From Sphingobacteriales bacterium (GTDB lineage Bacteria; Bacteroidota; Bacteroidia; Sphingobacteriales; Sphingobacteriaceae), in assembly GCA_038243335.1 (NCBI GenBank), contig JBBSRF010000001.1, forward strand, positions 1 to 50,736: a stretch of 50,736 nucleotides of DNA, written 5' to 3'. Below are positions 29,906 to 39,023 of this stretch, one piece after another (position 1 is the stretch's first letter; each line of letters opens with the position of its first letter). The notes beneath the pieces are model-generated. The model worked only from the letters and a program-made list of their open reading frames with translations, was not told the DNA's origin and did no database searches. The position numbers were made by a program, and so were the translations under genes.

Positions 29906-29958
29906 TAATTACAAAAAATTATACAATTGTTATTTGTTTAACCTTAAAAAAGAAAATT

Positions 29959-31308
29959 ATGAATTATTCTACTTTAAAAAAAGGTTTAGTTGCTTCACTA
30001 GTGTCAGTAATGGGATTAACATCTCTTACTAACGCACAAGAAGCTACTGCTCCTTCTTCTTCTTCTGCTAAAGTGTTTGGCGGAAGTTCACAATACAGAA
30101 CCTGGTCTATAGGGATTAATGCAGGTGTAACTACTCCAATCGTTTTATTGGGTGGTAGAAATGACTTTACTAACTGGGATGTTAACTTAGGTTACGGTGG
30201 TTCAATACGTAAACAACTAGGTCATGCTTTCTCTTTAGAAGCTAACTTAAGTCATTCACGTGCTCATATTTCTGGATCCAATAAAGATGCTGCTGGTGGT
30301 GTTCAAAATGGTGTAAAATCTTTTGATACTAGATTCCAATATGCTGCTGATTTAAGAGGTGTTGTAAATGTAGCTACAGTAGATTTCTTACGTCGTGAGA
30401 ATTCAGTAAACTTTACATTAAGCGCTGGTTATGGTTTATTAGCTTATTCTCCAGAAGTTACTTATGCTAATAATACTGTACAAAGAATATATCCACAAAA
30501 TGGAGATAAATATTATAAAGGAGCTTATATTCCTGTTGGAGCTGGTGTTAAATTTAAAGTTTCAGACCGCGTTTCATTTAATTTAGCTTACACAATGAAC
30601 TTTGTCGACGATTTCAATTTAAATGGTGTTCAAACTGGTGGTAATACTGCAAACTTTGATAAGTTCTCATATGCTTCTGCAGGATTAGAATTCTCTATAG
30701 GTTCGAAAGATAAAGCTAACATGGATTGGGTTAACCCACTTGCTTTAATGTATGATGAGTTAAAAGACCCATCTTTACGTCAAGAAGTTGAAGCATTGAA
30801 AAATCGTGTTTCTAATGTAGAGAAATCTATCGAAGATTTGAAAAAAGATACTGATGGTGACGGTGTTGCTGATCAATTCGACAAATGCCCTGGAACTCCA
30901 GCTGGAACTGCAGTTGATGGTTCAGGATGCCCACTTCCAGTTCCTGCTCCAGTTGTAACTGAAGCTACATCTCCAATGGTTTCTGGTTGGGAGCCAATTC
31001 AATTTGAATTCAATAGTTCAGTTTTAAAAACTGAAGCTTATCCAGTATTAGATAAATTATCTTCTACATTGCGTGAAAACGGTGGTAAAGTAACTGCTAA
31101 AGGTTATGCTTCTAGCGAAGGTACTGCTGCATACAATATGAAGTTATCTAAAGATAGAGCTAACTCTGTAAAAACTTACTTAGTAAATTCTGGTGTTAAC
31201 GCTAGTGCTGTTGCTACTAAAGGTTTAGGCGAAGCTAATCCAATTGCTTCAAACGATACTGAAGAAGGTCGTATCCAAAACCGTCGTGTTGAGACTTCAA
31301 GAAATTAA
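29959..31308 (+). CDS. OmpA family outer membrane protein
   Basis: Start reassigned to ATG 29959 (signal peptide ending TNAQ); beta-barrel, coiled coil, TSP3-like DTDGDGVADQFDKCP, OmpA-C LSKDRANSV and NRRVE. Confidence 0.93.
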   Translation: MNYSTLKKGLVASLVSVMGLTSLTNAQEATAPSSSSAKVFGGSSQYRTWSIGINAGVTTPIVLLGGRNDFTNWDVNLGYGGSIRKQLGHAFSLEANLSHSRAHISGSNKDAAGGVQNGVKSFDTRFQYAADLRGVVNVATVDFLRRENSVNFTLSAGYGLLAYSPEVTYANNTVQRIYPQNGDKYYKGAYIPVGAGVKFKVSDRVSFNLAYTMNFVDDFNLNGVQTGGNTANFDKFSYASAGLEFSIGSKDKANMDWVNPLALMYDELKDPSLRQEVEALKNRVSNVEKSIEDLKKDTDGDGVADQFDKCPGTPAGTAVDGSGCPLPVPAPVVTEATSPMVSGWEPIQFEFNSSVLKTEAYPVLDKLSSTLRENGGKVTAKGYASSEGTAAYNMKLSKDRANSVKTYLVNSGVNASAVATKGLGEANPIASNDTEEGRIQNRRVETSRN

Positions 31309-31324
31309 GATTTCTTAATTCAAT

Positions 31325-31363
31325 ATAAAAAGAGTTCCGACCAATGGTCGGAACTCTTTTTAT
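31325..31363 (+). terminator. Intrinsic terminator after OmpA gene
   Basis: Perfect inverted repeat ATAAAAAGAGTTCCGACCA-A-TGGTCGGAACTCTTTTTAT. Confidence 0.9.
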
Positions 31364-31381
31364 TTATACCTACATTTGTAT

Positions 31382-31525
31382 ATGTACTTTTTTAGAAGAA
31401 AAAATTCTGATAGGCCAAATAATATCAATATTAGAATTATGCATGTCATTAATGCTTTGGCTATTTCATTGTTTGTTGGAGGGATTTTATGGAAGTTAGT
31501 GCAGTGGTACATTTTAAAAAAATAA
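31382..31525 (+). CDS. 47-aa single-TM small protein, DUF6728-like (missed by ORF track)
   Basis: Hand translation MYFFRRKNSDRPNNINIRIMHVINALAISLFVGGILWKLVQWYILKK*; family name from recall. Confidence 0.75.
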   Translation: MYFFRRKNSDRPNNINIRIMHVINALAISLFVGGILWKLVQWYILKK

Positions 31526-31542
31526 TATCAATATAATTAATA

Positions 31543-31923
31543 ATGAAAATGATAATTAATACAGATAACGCACCTTCGCCAATTGGTCCATATAGTCAAG
31601 CAGTAGTTGCTAATGGGTTTTTATTTGCATCTGGTCAAGTTGCTATTAATCCAGAAAATGGAGAGCTAAACTTAAGTTCTATATCCGAAGAAACACATCA
31701 AGTAATGCGGAATATTAAAGCCGTTTTAATAGAAGCAGATTATGAGTTTTCTCACATTATTAAAACTACAATATTCTTATCTGATATGTCTTTGTTCGCA
31801 GAAGTAAATGAAGCATATGGTTCTTACTTTGATTCTGAATACCCAGCTAGGGAAACAATCGCAGTTAAAGGTTTGCCAAAAGGTGTAAATGTGGAAATTT
31901 CAGTAACGGCATATAAAGCATAG
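31543..31923 (+). CDS. RidA/YjgF family enamine deaminase
   Basis: APSPIGPYSQA, SGQV, PARET, LPKGVNVEI. Confidence 0.95.
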   Translation: MKMIINTDNAPSPIGPYSQAVVANGFLFASGQVAINPENGELNLSSISEETHQVMRNIKAVLIEADYEFSHIIKTTIFLSDMSLFAEVNEAYGSYFDSEYPARETIAVKGLPKGVNVEISVTAYKA

Positions 31924-31927
31924 TTAA

Positions 31928-32830
31928 TTGACTTCAAAATCAAAGTATCTATTTGCTGCTTTTTTATCTGTTGCAATTTGGGGTTTTTTTTCAATTCCTC
32001 TTAGAAATATAAAAGCTTTCCCTTCTGAGGAGATTTTGTACTATCGCATTTTTACATCACTTGTTGTAATATGGGCAGCTATACTTTTGTTCAGGAAAAA
32101 GCAATTAAAGGAAGATTTAAAGTATTTTAAATCTGTAACTAAAATAGAAAGAAGAATTATTTACTGGCAGATTGTTGTCGCTACCATATTGTTAACCTTA
32201 AACTGGTATACTTTTATTTATGCGGTTAATAATGTGAGTTTAAAATCTGCAGCATTCGCCTACATGGTTTGCCCATTAATAACTGCGTTCGGCGGGTTTT
32301 TAATTTTAAAAGAAGATCTCTCAAAAATCAAGTTAATTTCTTTGGCTATCGCATTAATCAGCATCCTAATATTAGCAACAGGTTCATTTAAAGAAGTGCT
32401 TTGGTCTGTATTAATTGCTGCATTATATGCGTTTTACTTAATCATTCAACGTAAAATGCAACATCTTGATAAGTTAAATGTATTGGCATTACAAATTACT
32501 TTAGCCGTAATATTAATGCTTCCATTTTATTTGTATCATTATGAAGCTTTTCCTGTTGGAGTTTGGTTCTGGAGTCATATTGTAATGATTGCCATTGTAT
32601 TTACAGTTATTCCTCTCTTTTTAAGTTTGTATGCCCTAATCGGCTTACCGTCTTCGACTTTAGGTATTATCATTTATCTTAATCCTATTATAGCTTTTGC
32701 TGTGGCAGTTTTATATTTCGATGAACACATTAGCTTAAATCAATTACTAGCTTATTTACTATTATTGTTTGCAGTTTTACTTTTTAATTGGAACTTGATA
32801 AAAGATATATTTACTTTTAGTAGAAAATAA
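31928..32830 (+). CDS. EamA/RarD family transporter
   Basis: About 10 TM helices, LTLNWYTFIYAV, LGIIIYLNP; TTG start. Confidence 0.88.
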   Translation: MTSKSKYLFAAFLSVAIWGFFSIPLRNIKAFPSEEILYYRIFTSLVVIWAAILLFRKKQLKEDLKYFKSVTKIERRIIYWQIVVATILLTLNWYTFIYAVNNVSLKSAAFAYMVCPLITAFGGFLILKEDLSKIKLISLAIALISILILATGSFKEVLWSVLIAALYAFYLIIQRKMQHLDKLNVLALQITLAVILMLPFYLYHYEAFPVGVWFWSHIVMIAIVFTVIPLFLSLYALIGLPSSTLGIIIYLNPIIAFAVAVLYFDEHISLNQLLAYLLLLFAVLLFNWNLIKDIFTFSRK

Positions 32831-32836
32831 TAAATT

Positions 32837-34942
32837 TTGTTTGCTTCAAATTTAGATACTCCATTGGTTTATTTGAAGGGCGTTGGTCCTAAACGTGCCG
32901 AACTTTTGCAAAAAGAGTTGGGCATTTCTACTTATGAACAACTCTTAAACCATTATCCTTTTAGATATATTGATAGAACTCGATTTTATAAAATAAATGA
33001 GCTTAATGAAGATTTGCCACTGGTACAAGTTATTGGAAGAATTACAAGTAAAGAAACCATAGGCGAGAAACATAAAAAGAGAATAATTGCAAAATTTACT
33101 GATGATACTGGAACAATAGAATTGGTCTGGTTTCAAAGTTTAAAATGGGTTGAAGAGCATGTGATGAAAGGAAGTTTATACATCGCCTTTGGAAAACCAA
33201 ATTTATTTAACAATAGCTTTAGCATATCACATCCAGATTTAGAGCCTTATCCTAGACAAGCTGGAATTACTGGAAACCTCACGTTGCAACCAATTTATCA
33301 TACTAGCGAAAAGATGAAGAAAAGCTTTTTGGATAGCAAAGGGATTCAAAGATTAATTCATCACATTGTTGAACTACACATTAACGAGATTCGAGAAACA
33401 TTACCTCGATATATTTTAGAAAAGTATAAGCTAATTAGTAGGAAAGAAGCTTTAATTTACGTTCATTTTCCTGCTAATATAGATAAACTACAACAGGCCG
33501 AAAGAAGATTAAAATTTGAAGAATTATTCTTTATTCAATTACAACTTTTGCATAATATACAATTGCGAAGGTTAAAGTTTAAAGGAGCGCTTTTTAATAC
33601 AGTTGGGGAGCGAGTAAATACTTTTTACAATACAATGCTGCCTTTTGATTTAACAAATGCACAGAAGCGAGTTATTAAGGAGATTAGATTAGACACCCAA
33701 AAAGGGAGTCAGATGAATAGACTAATACAAGGTGATGTAGGTAGCGGTAAAACTGTTGTTGCTTTAATTACTATGTTATTGGCAAACGACAACGGTTATC
33801 AAGCTTGTATGATGGCGCCAACAGAGATTTTAGCTCGACAGCATTACCAATCTTTAGTAGACTTATTAAAAGGAGAGTTGATTAAAGTTGCTATTCTAAC
33901 TGGGAACAGCACTAAAAAACAAAGATTAATTCTGCATCAAGAATTAGAAGCTGGAGAGATTGATATTTTGGTTGGCACACATGCCTTAATTGAAGATAAA
34001 GTTAAATTCAAAAATTTGGCTTTAGTGGTAATTGATGAGCAACATCGGTTTGGTGTAGAACAAAGAGCTAAACTTTGGCGTAAAAATGAAGTGCCGCCAC
34101 ATATATTGGTGATGACCGCAACACCAATTCCACGTACATTAGCGATGACACTATATGGAGATTTAGATGTTTCTGTAATTGATGAACTGCCCATTGGAAG
34201 AAAACCAATAGAAACTAAACATCTTTTTGAAGGTCAGCGGTTGCGGATGTTTGGTTTTATGAAACAAGAAATTGCGAAAGGTAGACAGGTGTATATTGTT
34301 TATCCTTTAATCGAAGAAAGTGAAAAGTTAGATCTTTTGAATCTAAAAACCGGAATTGAGCAAATAAGATATCAATTTCCATTGCCAGATTATCAAATTA
34401 GTATTGTACACGGCCAACTGAAAAATGCTGATAAGCAATATGAGATGAATAGATTTATTGAAGGTAAATCTCAAATTATGGTGGCAACAACCGTAATAGA
34501 AGTTGGCGTAAATGTGCCAAACGCATCTGTAATGATTATAGAAAATGCAGAGCGATTTGGACTATCTCAATTACACCAATTGCGTGGAAGAGTTGGTCGT
34601 GGTGCCGAACAATCTTTCTGTATTTTAATGTCTGGCAATAAATTAAGTCCAAATTCTAAAATACGTTTAGAGACGATGGTGAAAACTAATAATGGTTTTG
34701 AGATTTCGGAAATTGATTTGCAATTACGCGGCCCTGGAGATATTACAGGCACACAGCAAAGCGGTGTGTTAGAGTTGAAAATGGCAAACTTAGCTAAAGA
34801 TCAAATCATTTTGCAAGAGGCAAGAAACACGGTGATTGATATTTTTGAAAAAGATCCGATGGTGGAACTGCCAGAAAATATTCTACTAAAAAACTATCTC
34901 CAAAAGAGAAGCAGAGCCATTGCTCTAGACAAAATTTCCTAG
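32837..34942 (+). CDS. recG: ATP-dependent DNA helicase RecG
   Basis: QGDVGSGKT, DEQHRFGV, MTATPIPRTL, QLRGRVGRG, RGPG; TTG start. Confidence 0.98.
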   Translation: MFASNLDTPLVYLKGVGPKRAELLQKELGISTYEQLLNHYPFRYIDRTRFYKINELNEDLPLVQVIGRITSKETIGEKHKKRIIAKFTDDTGTIELVWFQSLKWVEEHVMKGSLYIAFGKPNLFNNSFSISHPDLEPYPRQAGITGNLTLQPIYHTSEKMKKSFLDSKGIQRLIHHIVELHINEIRETLPRYILEKYKLISRKEALIYVHFPANIDKLQQAERRLKFEELFFIQLQLLHNIQLRRLKFKGALFNTVGERVNTFYNTMLPFDLTNAQKRVIKEIRLDTQKGSQMNRLIQGDVGSGKTVVALITMLLANDNGYQACMMAPTEILARQHYQSLVDLLKGELIKVAILTGNSTKKQRLILHQELEAGEIDILVGTHALIEDKVKFKNLALVVIDEQHRFGVEQRAKLWRKNEVPPHILVMTATPIPRTLAMTLYGDLDVSVIDELPIGRKPIETKHLFEGQRLRMFGFMKQEIAKGRQVYIVYPLIEESEKLDLLNLKTGIEQIRYQFPLPDYQISIVHGQLKNADKQYEMNRFIEGKSQIMVATTVIEVGVNVPNASVMIIENAERFGLSQLHQLRGRVGRGAEQSFCILMSGNKLSPNSKIRLETMVKTNNGFEISEIDLQLRGPGDITGTQQSGVLELKMANLAKDQIILQEARNTVIDIFEKDPMVELPENILLKNYLQKRSRAIALDKIS

Positions 34943-34947
34943 CAAAG

Positions 34948-35024
34948 TTTGTCATTCTGAGTTAAATGAAGAATCTTTGATGTAAATTTCAATAGAGATT
35001 CTTCAAGCTGTTCATAATGACAAA
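34948..35024. repeat. REP-like palindromic element copy 1 (GTCATTCTGA family)
   Basis: Terminal TTTGTCATT/AATGACAAA and inner TGAAGAATCT/AGATTCTTCA inverted repeats. Confidence 0.75.
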
Positions 35025-35028
35025 TCAA

Positions 35029-36264
35029 TTAATCCTCGTCGCTACCTGGTAAACTGCCAGAGCCACTGTAAGCCCCTTTACGAATAATTGGCATTTTTAA
35101 ATACTTAAACAAATCATCCAACTGCATTAAACTGCCATTGGTTTTATTGCCTAAGAAAATAACTACAATATCTTTATCTAAATCTCTAATATAAATGTGA
35201 CGGAAACCATGCCACCAACCGGTGTGGTAAACTACTTTATCCATTCCTTTGCCATCAAAAATACGCCAACCGTAGCCATAGTTAAAGTGACCATTAACAG
35301 GTTTATTACGACCAACATAAGCAGAATCTAAACTTTTATTGCTCAGTAGTCGTTCGTTTTTTAAATACTTATCAAATAAAACTAAATCGTGTAAAGTACT
35401 GTAAATCCCTTTATCTCCAACGGGGCCATCTAAAAAGTTTTGTGCTACAGAATATTTAAAATTATTGCGATCATGCCCAACTACATCTACTGGAATTTTC
35501 TCATACTCTGAGGTAGAATATACATGAGTGTTTTTTAATCCCGCAGGTTTAAAAACATGTTCCATCATATATTGCGAATAACGTTGACCAGTTATTTTCT
35601 CTATAATGGCGCCTAAAACCATGAAGTTCGAATTGTTATAATGGAATAATCGATTTGGCTTAGTGTATGGGTTTGGTTTTTTATCAGCAATAACATCCAT
35701 TACCTCTTGATTAGAAACTCCTTTTTTCATGTTGCGTTTCTCTTTGCGCCAAATATCATCTATAAAATATACATAATTCATCATACCACTTCTGTGGGAT
35801 AAAAGTAATTCTATAGTAATGCCATCGTATGGAAAGTTTGGATAGAATTTCTTAACATCATCTGTTAACTTTAACTTACCGGCTTCTACTAATTGCAAAA
35901 TAGCAACGCCAGTAAAAGTTTTTGTAATAGAAGCTAACTCAAATTCAGAATTTATTTTTAAGCTATCGCGATGTAAATAATCTGCCCAACCTTTAGCGCC
36001 TTGGTAAACAATTTTACCCTTAACAGCTACCAATATGTTGCCATTAAAGCCATATTTTTTGTGCAAATTATCAGCGAAATTAGCAATCCATTTGTCTTCT
36101 TTTTGAGGGTTATAGGCGATTAATAAACTATCTGCTTTATTATCTTCTTTTATTCTTACTTTTTTATCGGCTTCAACTTTTTTGGCTTTTTCTTCTTTGC
36201 TGGTACAAGAATATAATGAGATTAGGAATATTGAATAGGTAAATATTAAAAAACGAAACTTCAT
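35029..36264 (-). CDS. Serine hydrolase, beta-lactamase/AmpC-PBP family lipoprotein
   Basis: Lipobox LYSC, SxxK (ASITK), LLSHRSG, YxN (YNNSN), HTG motif. Confidence 0.9.
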   Translation of the reverse strand: MKFRFLIFTYSIFLISLYSCTSKEEKAKKVEADKKVRIKEDNKADSLLIAYNPQKEDKWIANFADNLHKKYGFNGNILVAVKGKIVYQGAKGWADYLHRDSLKINSEFELASITKTFTGVAILQLVEAGKLKLTDDVKKFYPNFPYDGITIELLLSHRSGMMNYVYFIDDIWRKEKRNMKKGVSNQEVMDVIADKKPNPYTKPNRLFHYNNSNFMVLGAIIEKITGQRYSQYMMEHVFKPAGLKNTHVYSTSEYEKIPVDVVGHDRNNFKYSVAQNFLDGPVGDKGIYSTLHDLVLFDKYLKNERLLSNKSLDSAYVGRNKPVNGHFNYGYGWRIFDGKGMDKVVYHTGWWHGFRHIYIRDLDKDIVVIFLGNKTNGSLMQLDDLFKYLKMPIIRKGAYSGSGSLPGSDED

Positions 36265-36471
36265 GACTAAGTGATAGGGATTTGAAAAGCTTGCAAAGTA
36301 GTAATTATTGCCTTTCTAAACGCAAAAGAGTTTTAAACATTGTTTGTTAAAAGCTTTAATTTTTCACCAAAAATGATGCTTTTTAATTGTTAAATAGAAA
36401 TGATGTGCTGATAAATTGGACATCATAACTAGGAGAATGATAAATTCTGTCTATGTAAATCTCTAAAGCTT

Positions 36472-37218
36472 TTAAAGTCTTTGCAAAGCTAATTTAACTG
36501 TTTCTTTGTTGGGTTTAGATACGGGTATTTTTTCTCCAGAAGTTAAAAGTAAAATGCCACCATCTTCTTTTAACCAACTTTTTACATATTTCGGATTTAC
36601 CAAATGGCTTTGGTGGGTTCTCAGAAAACCTTTTGGTCGTAATAAATCTGCATATTCTTTTAAAGATTTTGAAACTAGTATTTTTTCTCCATTTGCTAAA
36701 AAGAAATAGGTATAGGTATTATCCGCTTCGCAACGTATAATATCAGCTATAGATACATACCTTATCTCGCTTTGCATCTGTAAAGCAATTTTACTAACAC
36801 TTGGTTCTGGTTTTGCTAGTTGTTGCATTAAAAAATCAAGTTGCGAATTTTGTGTTTTTGATTGTAATTTATGTTCTGCTTTATTTACAGCGTTGATCAA
36901 CTCTTCAATATCAATTGGTTTTAGTAAGTAATCTAAAGCGGCAAATTTTACAGCTTGTATACCATATTGGTCGAAGGCGGTTACAAAAATAACTTCACAA
37001 TTACGCTTAGGAATCAGTCTCAATACATCAAAACCTGTTTGTTCGCCCATCTGAATATCTAGAAATAATAAATCAGGAAAATATTTTTCAATAGCTTCAA
37101 CCGCATCATTTACATTTTGCGCTGTCGCCATTATTGTCACCTGCGGACAGTGCTTTTCTAGCAAATACCGCAGGTTTTCTAAGTTAGAAATTTCGTCGTC
37201 TATTAAAATTGCTCTCAT
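36472..37218 (-). CDS. LytTR family response regulator
   Basis: Receiver (IDDE, FLDIQM, VTAFD, YLLKP) + LytTR domain (FLRTHQSHLVN). Confidence 0.96.
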   Translation of the reverse strand: MRAILIDDEISNLENLRYLLEKHCPQVTIMATAQNVNDAVEAIEKYFPDLLFLDIQMGEQTGFDVLRLIPKRNCEVIFVTAFDQYGIQAVKFAALDYLLKPIDIEELINAVNKAEHKLQSKTQNSQLDFLMQQLAKPEPSVSKIALQMQSEIRYVSIADIIRCEADNTYTYFFLANGEKILVSKSLKEYADLLRPKGFLRTHQSHLVNPKYVKSWLKEDGGILLLTSGEKIPVSKPNKETVKLALQRL

Positions 37219-37219
37219 T

Positions 37220-38815
37220 TTATGATAACCAATCTGTTAATGTCAAATTTATTATAGTGCCAGTAGTCGTTGATTGTATGTGTAATATAAAGTGATTTTC
37301 TTTATAAATACTATTTAAAAGTGCTATTCTACTTTCACTTAATGTAAGACCTAAGCCATTGTATTTTTTTTTGGTATCAAATCCATTTCCATTATCAGTA
37401 ACTTTTAAAACTAAATTATTAGCTTGTTTGGTAAATTTGATATTAATTTCTCCATCGCTAGCTTTTTGAGCTATACCATGCTTAACTGCATTTTCTACAA
37501 AAGGTTGTAGTAGCATACTTGGTATTTCTATATTATCTAAATCTAAATTATCCGACAAATTAATTTCATAGTTAAACCCAAATCGTAATTTCTCCATTTG
37601 TAAGTAATCGTCTAATAAAGTTTTTTCTTGTGCTAAACTAATCAGTTCTTTATCATCAAGTACGTTACGCGTTAACCGAGCAAATTTAGAGAGATATTGA
37701 TTTGCATTGTCTATCTCGTTTTTGTTCATCAAATTTTGAATGCCTGAAAGTGCATTAAATAAAAAATGAGGATTTAGTTGAGAACGAATTGAACTAAGTT
37801 GAAGCTTTGCGGTAGTTTTTTGTTGTTCATTTTCTGCAAAACTTTTTTTATTTCTTTTTTTGACCAAAAAAAGGATAACAAGAAAGATCAATCCGATAGA
37901 AAACACTGCGATAACTATGTATATAAAGAATTCTTTTTTGGTATAGTTTTCCTCTAATGTTATGGAAAGTGTATGTCTGGTGGTATATTTTTCTAAATCT
38001 TTTGCAGAAATATTATCTCTAAGCAGTGGTCGAATAATAATTTCATAATCTCCAGATTTTTTGAATGTGGATTTATAAATCTTTACAAATGGTAAATAGT
38101 CATGATTCTCTACTATGCCTCCATATTGCCAAGCAGTCGATTTGAAGATTATTTCATTTGTTTGTTTATTTCTTAATGTAGTGTAATAGAGATAGTCGAT
38201 ATATGATTTGTCTTTTACAATGGTAATTTCGTCATCTTTTTTAGTTAAAACAAGGTCTGTTGCACCTTCTGGTTCGGTAATCCAACTGTAATCAACTCCT
38301 TCATTAGTTTTGAAACGCTTTGAAAAGCCCTGAATTTTTGCTTTCGGTATAGGTTTGCCGTAGAAAACAGATTTGTCAATATCAAGAGGTTTTTCGATAC
38401 TATAGACTAATGTTGTAACAATTTTACCTTTTAAAGGGAAAACACCAAGAGTTGTTGAGCTAAAAACTTCTTCTGGTCTGTCAACATCCTTTAGCTCCGC
38501 AATGTTAATCGACTTATTTACTATTATTGGTTTATCATCGACTAAAATTGTGTACCGATAGTGCTGTATAATAATTGTCTTTCTAAAATAAATCTGGATA
38601 CTTACATTGTTAACTTCTGGCAGATAGTTAAAGGATGTATTGGGCTGATTTGGAAACATGTTTGCATAAAATACATTTTTAGCTAAACTATCAACAGACA
38701 TCAGTAGTTTTCCTCCGGCAGCGTATGAGTGAGAAAAATTAATGCCTTTTTGAGCATTTGCATTATTTAGCGTAATAATTAAGCTAAGGAATATGAAGAT
38801 TATTTTTTTCATCAT
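37220..38815 (-). CDS. LytS-type sensor histidine kinase
   Basis: Start reassigned to MMKKIIF (signal peptide ..ANAQ); large periplasmic domain, one TM, QLNPHFLFNAL, LQPFVENAVKHG, DNGNG. Confidence 0.9.
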   Translation of the reverse strand: MMKKIIFIFLSLIITLNNANAQKGINFSHSYAAGGKLLMSVDSLAKNVFYANMFPNQPNTSFNYLPEVNNVSIQIYFRKTIIIQHYRYTILVDDKPIIVNKSINIAELKDVDRPEEVFSSTTLGVFPLKGKIVTTLVYSIEKPLDIDKSVFYGKPIPKAKIQGFSKRFKTNEGVDYSWITEPEGATDLVLTKKDDEITIVKDKSYIDYLYYTTLRNKQTNEIIFKSTAWQYGGIVENHDYLPFVKIYKSTFKKSGDYEIIIRPLLRDNISAKDLEKYTTRHTLSITLEENYTKKEFFIYIVIAVFSIGLIFLVILFLVKKRNKKSFAENEQQKTTAKLQLSSIRSQLNPHFLFNALSGIQNLMNKNEIDNANQYLSKFARLTRNVLDDKELISLAQEKTLLDDYLQMEKLRFGFNYEINLSDNLDLDNIEIPSMLLQPFVENAVKHGIAQKASDGEINIKFTKQANNLVLKVTDNGNGFDTKKKYNGLGLTLSESRIALLNSIYKENHFILHIQSTTTGTIINLTLTDWLS

Positions 38816-38869
38816 TTTAAGTTTAATTATAATCAAACTTGCAACAATAATAGCAAAACAAAAACCATA

Positions 38870-38919
38870 AAATAGTAAACTCGAGGTATCAAATAGTAGA
38901 AGTGCGGTTTGGTGTAGTA
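38870..38919. promoter_or_regulatory. Three direct repeats at 21-bp period, candidate LytTR boxes
   Basis: AAATAGTA (38870), AAATAGTA (38891), GTGTAGTA (38912). Confidence 0.55.
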
Positions 38920-38952
38920 TTGGTTTATTGATAAGTATTTTCTGTTGTGAAA

Positions 38953-39023
38953 TAAACCCAATGGTAGCGGGCACGTAGCCTTAACCTTTAGGTTGGGACG
39001 AAGTAAAGCGAATAGTGGGGCAG
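38953..39023 (-). ncRNA. Structured GC-rich element, Flavo-1-like RNA or interspersed repeat
   Basis: Minus strand CCCCACTATTCGCTTTAC..AACC-TAAA-GGTT..GTGCCCGCTACCATTGGG: outer CCC/GGG pairing, two CGCT motifs, inner hairpin; family likeness from recall. Confidence 0.4.

Noticed and set aside
29893..29958. TTG-started extension of OmpA
   Set aside because: Overlaps the -7 promoter element; the signal peptide begins at ATG 29959
35029..36264. Antibiotic-resistance beta-lactamase
   Set aside because: SxxK/YxN/HTG motifs define only the broad serine hydrolase/PBP family; lipoprotein in core context, activity not inferable
38816..38974. 53-aa N-terminal extension of the histidine kinase in the ORF track
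   Set aside because: A typical signal peptide starts at 38815; the extension covers promoter-like repeats and looks non-coding
38918..38975. Integron attC site (ATTGGTTTATT/AATAAACCCAAT stem with bulge, GGTAGCG)
   Set aside because: No RYYYAAC/GTTRRRY R-box pair, no integrase or cassette array
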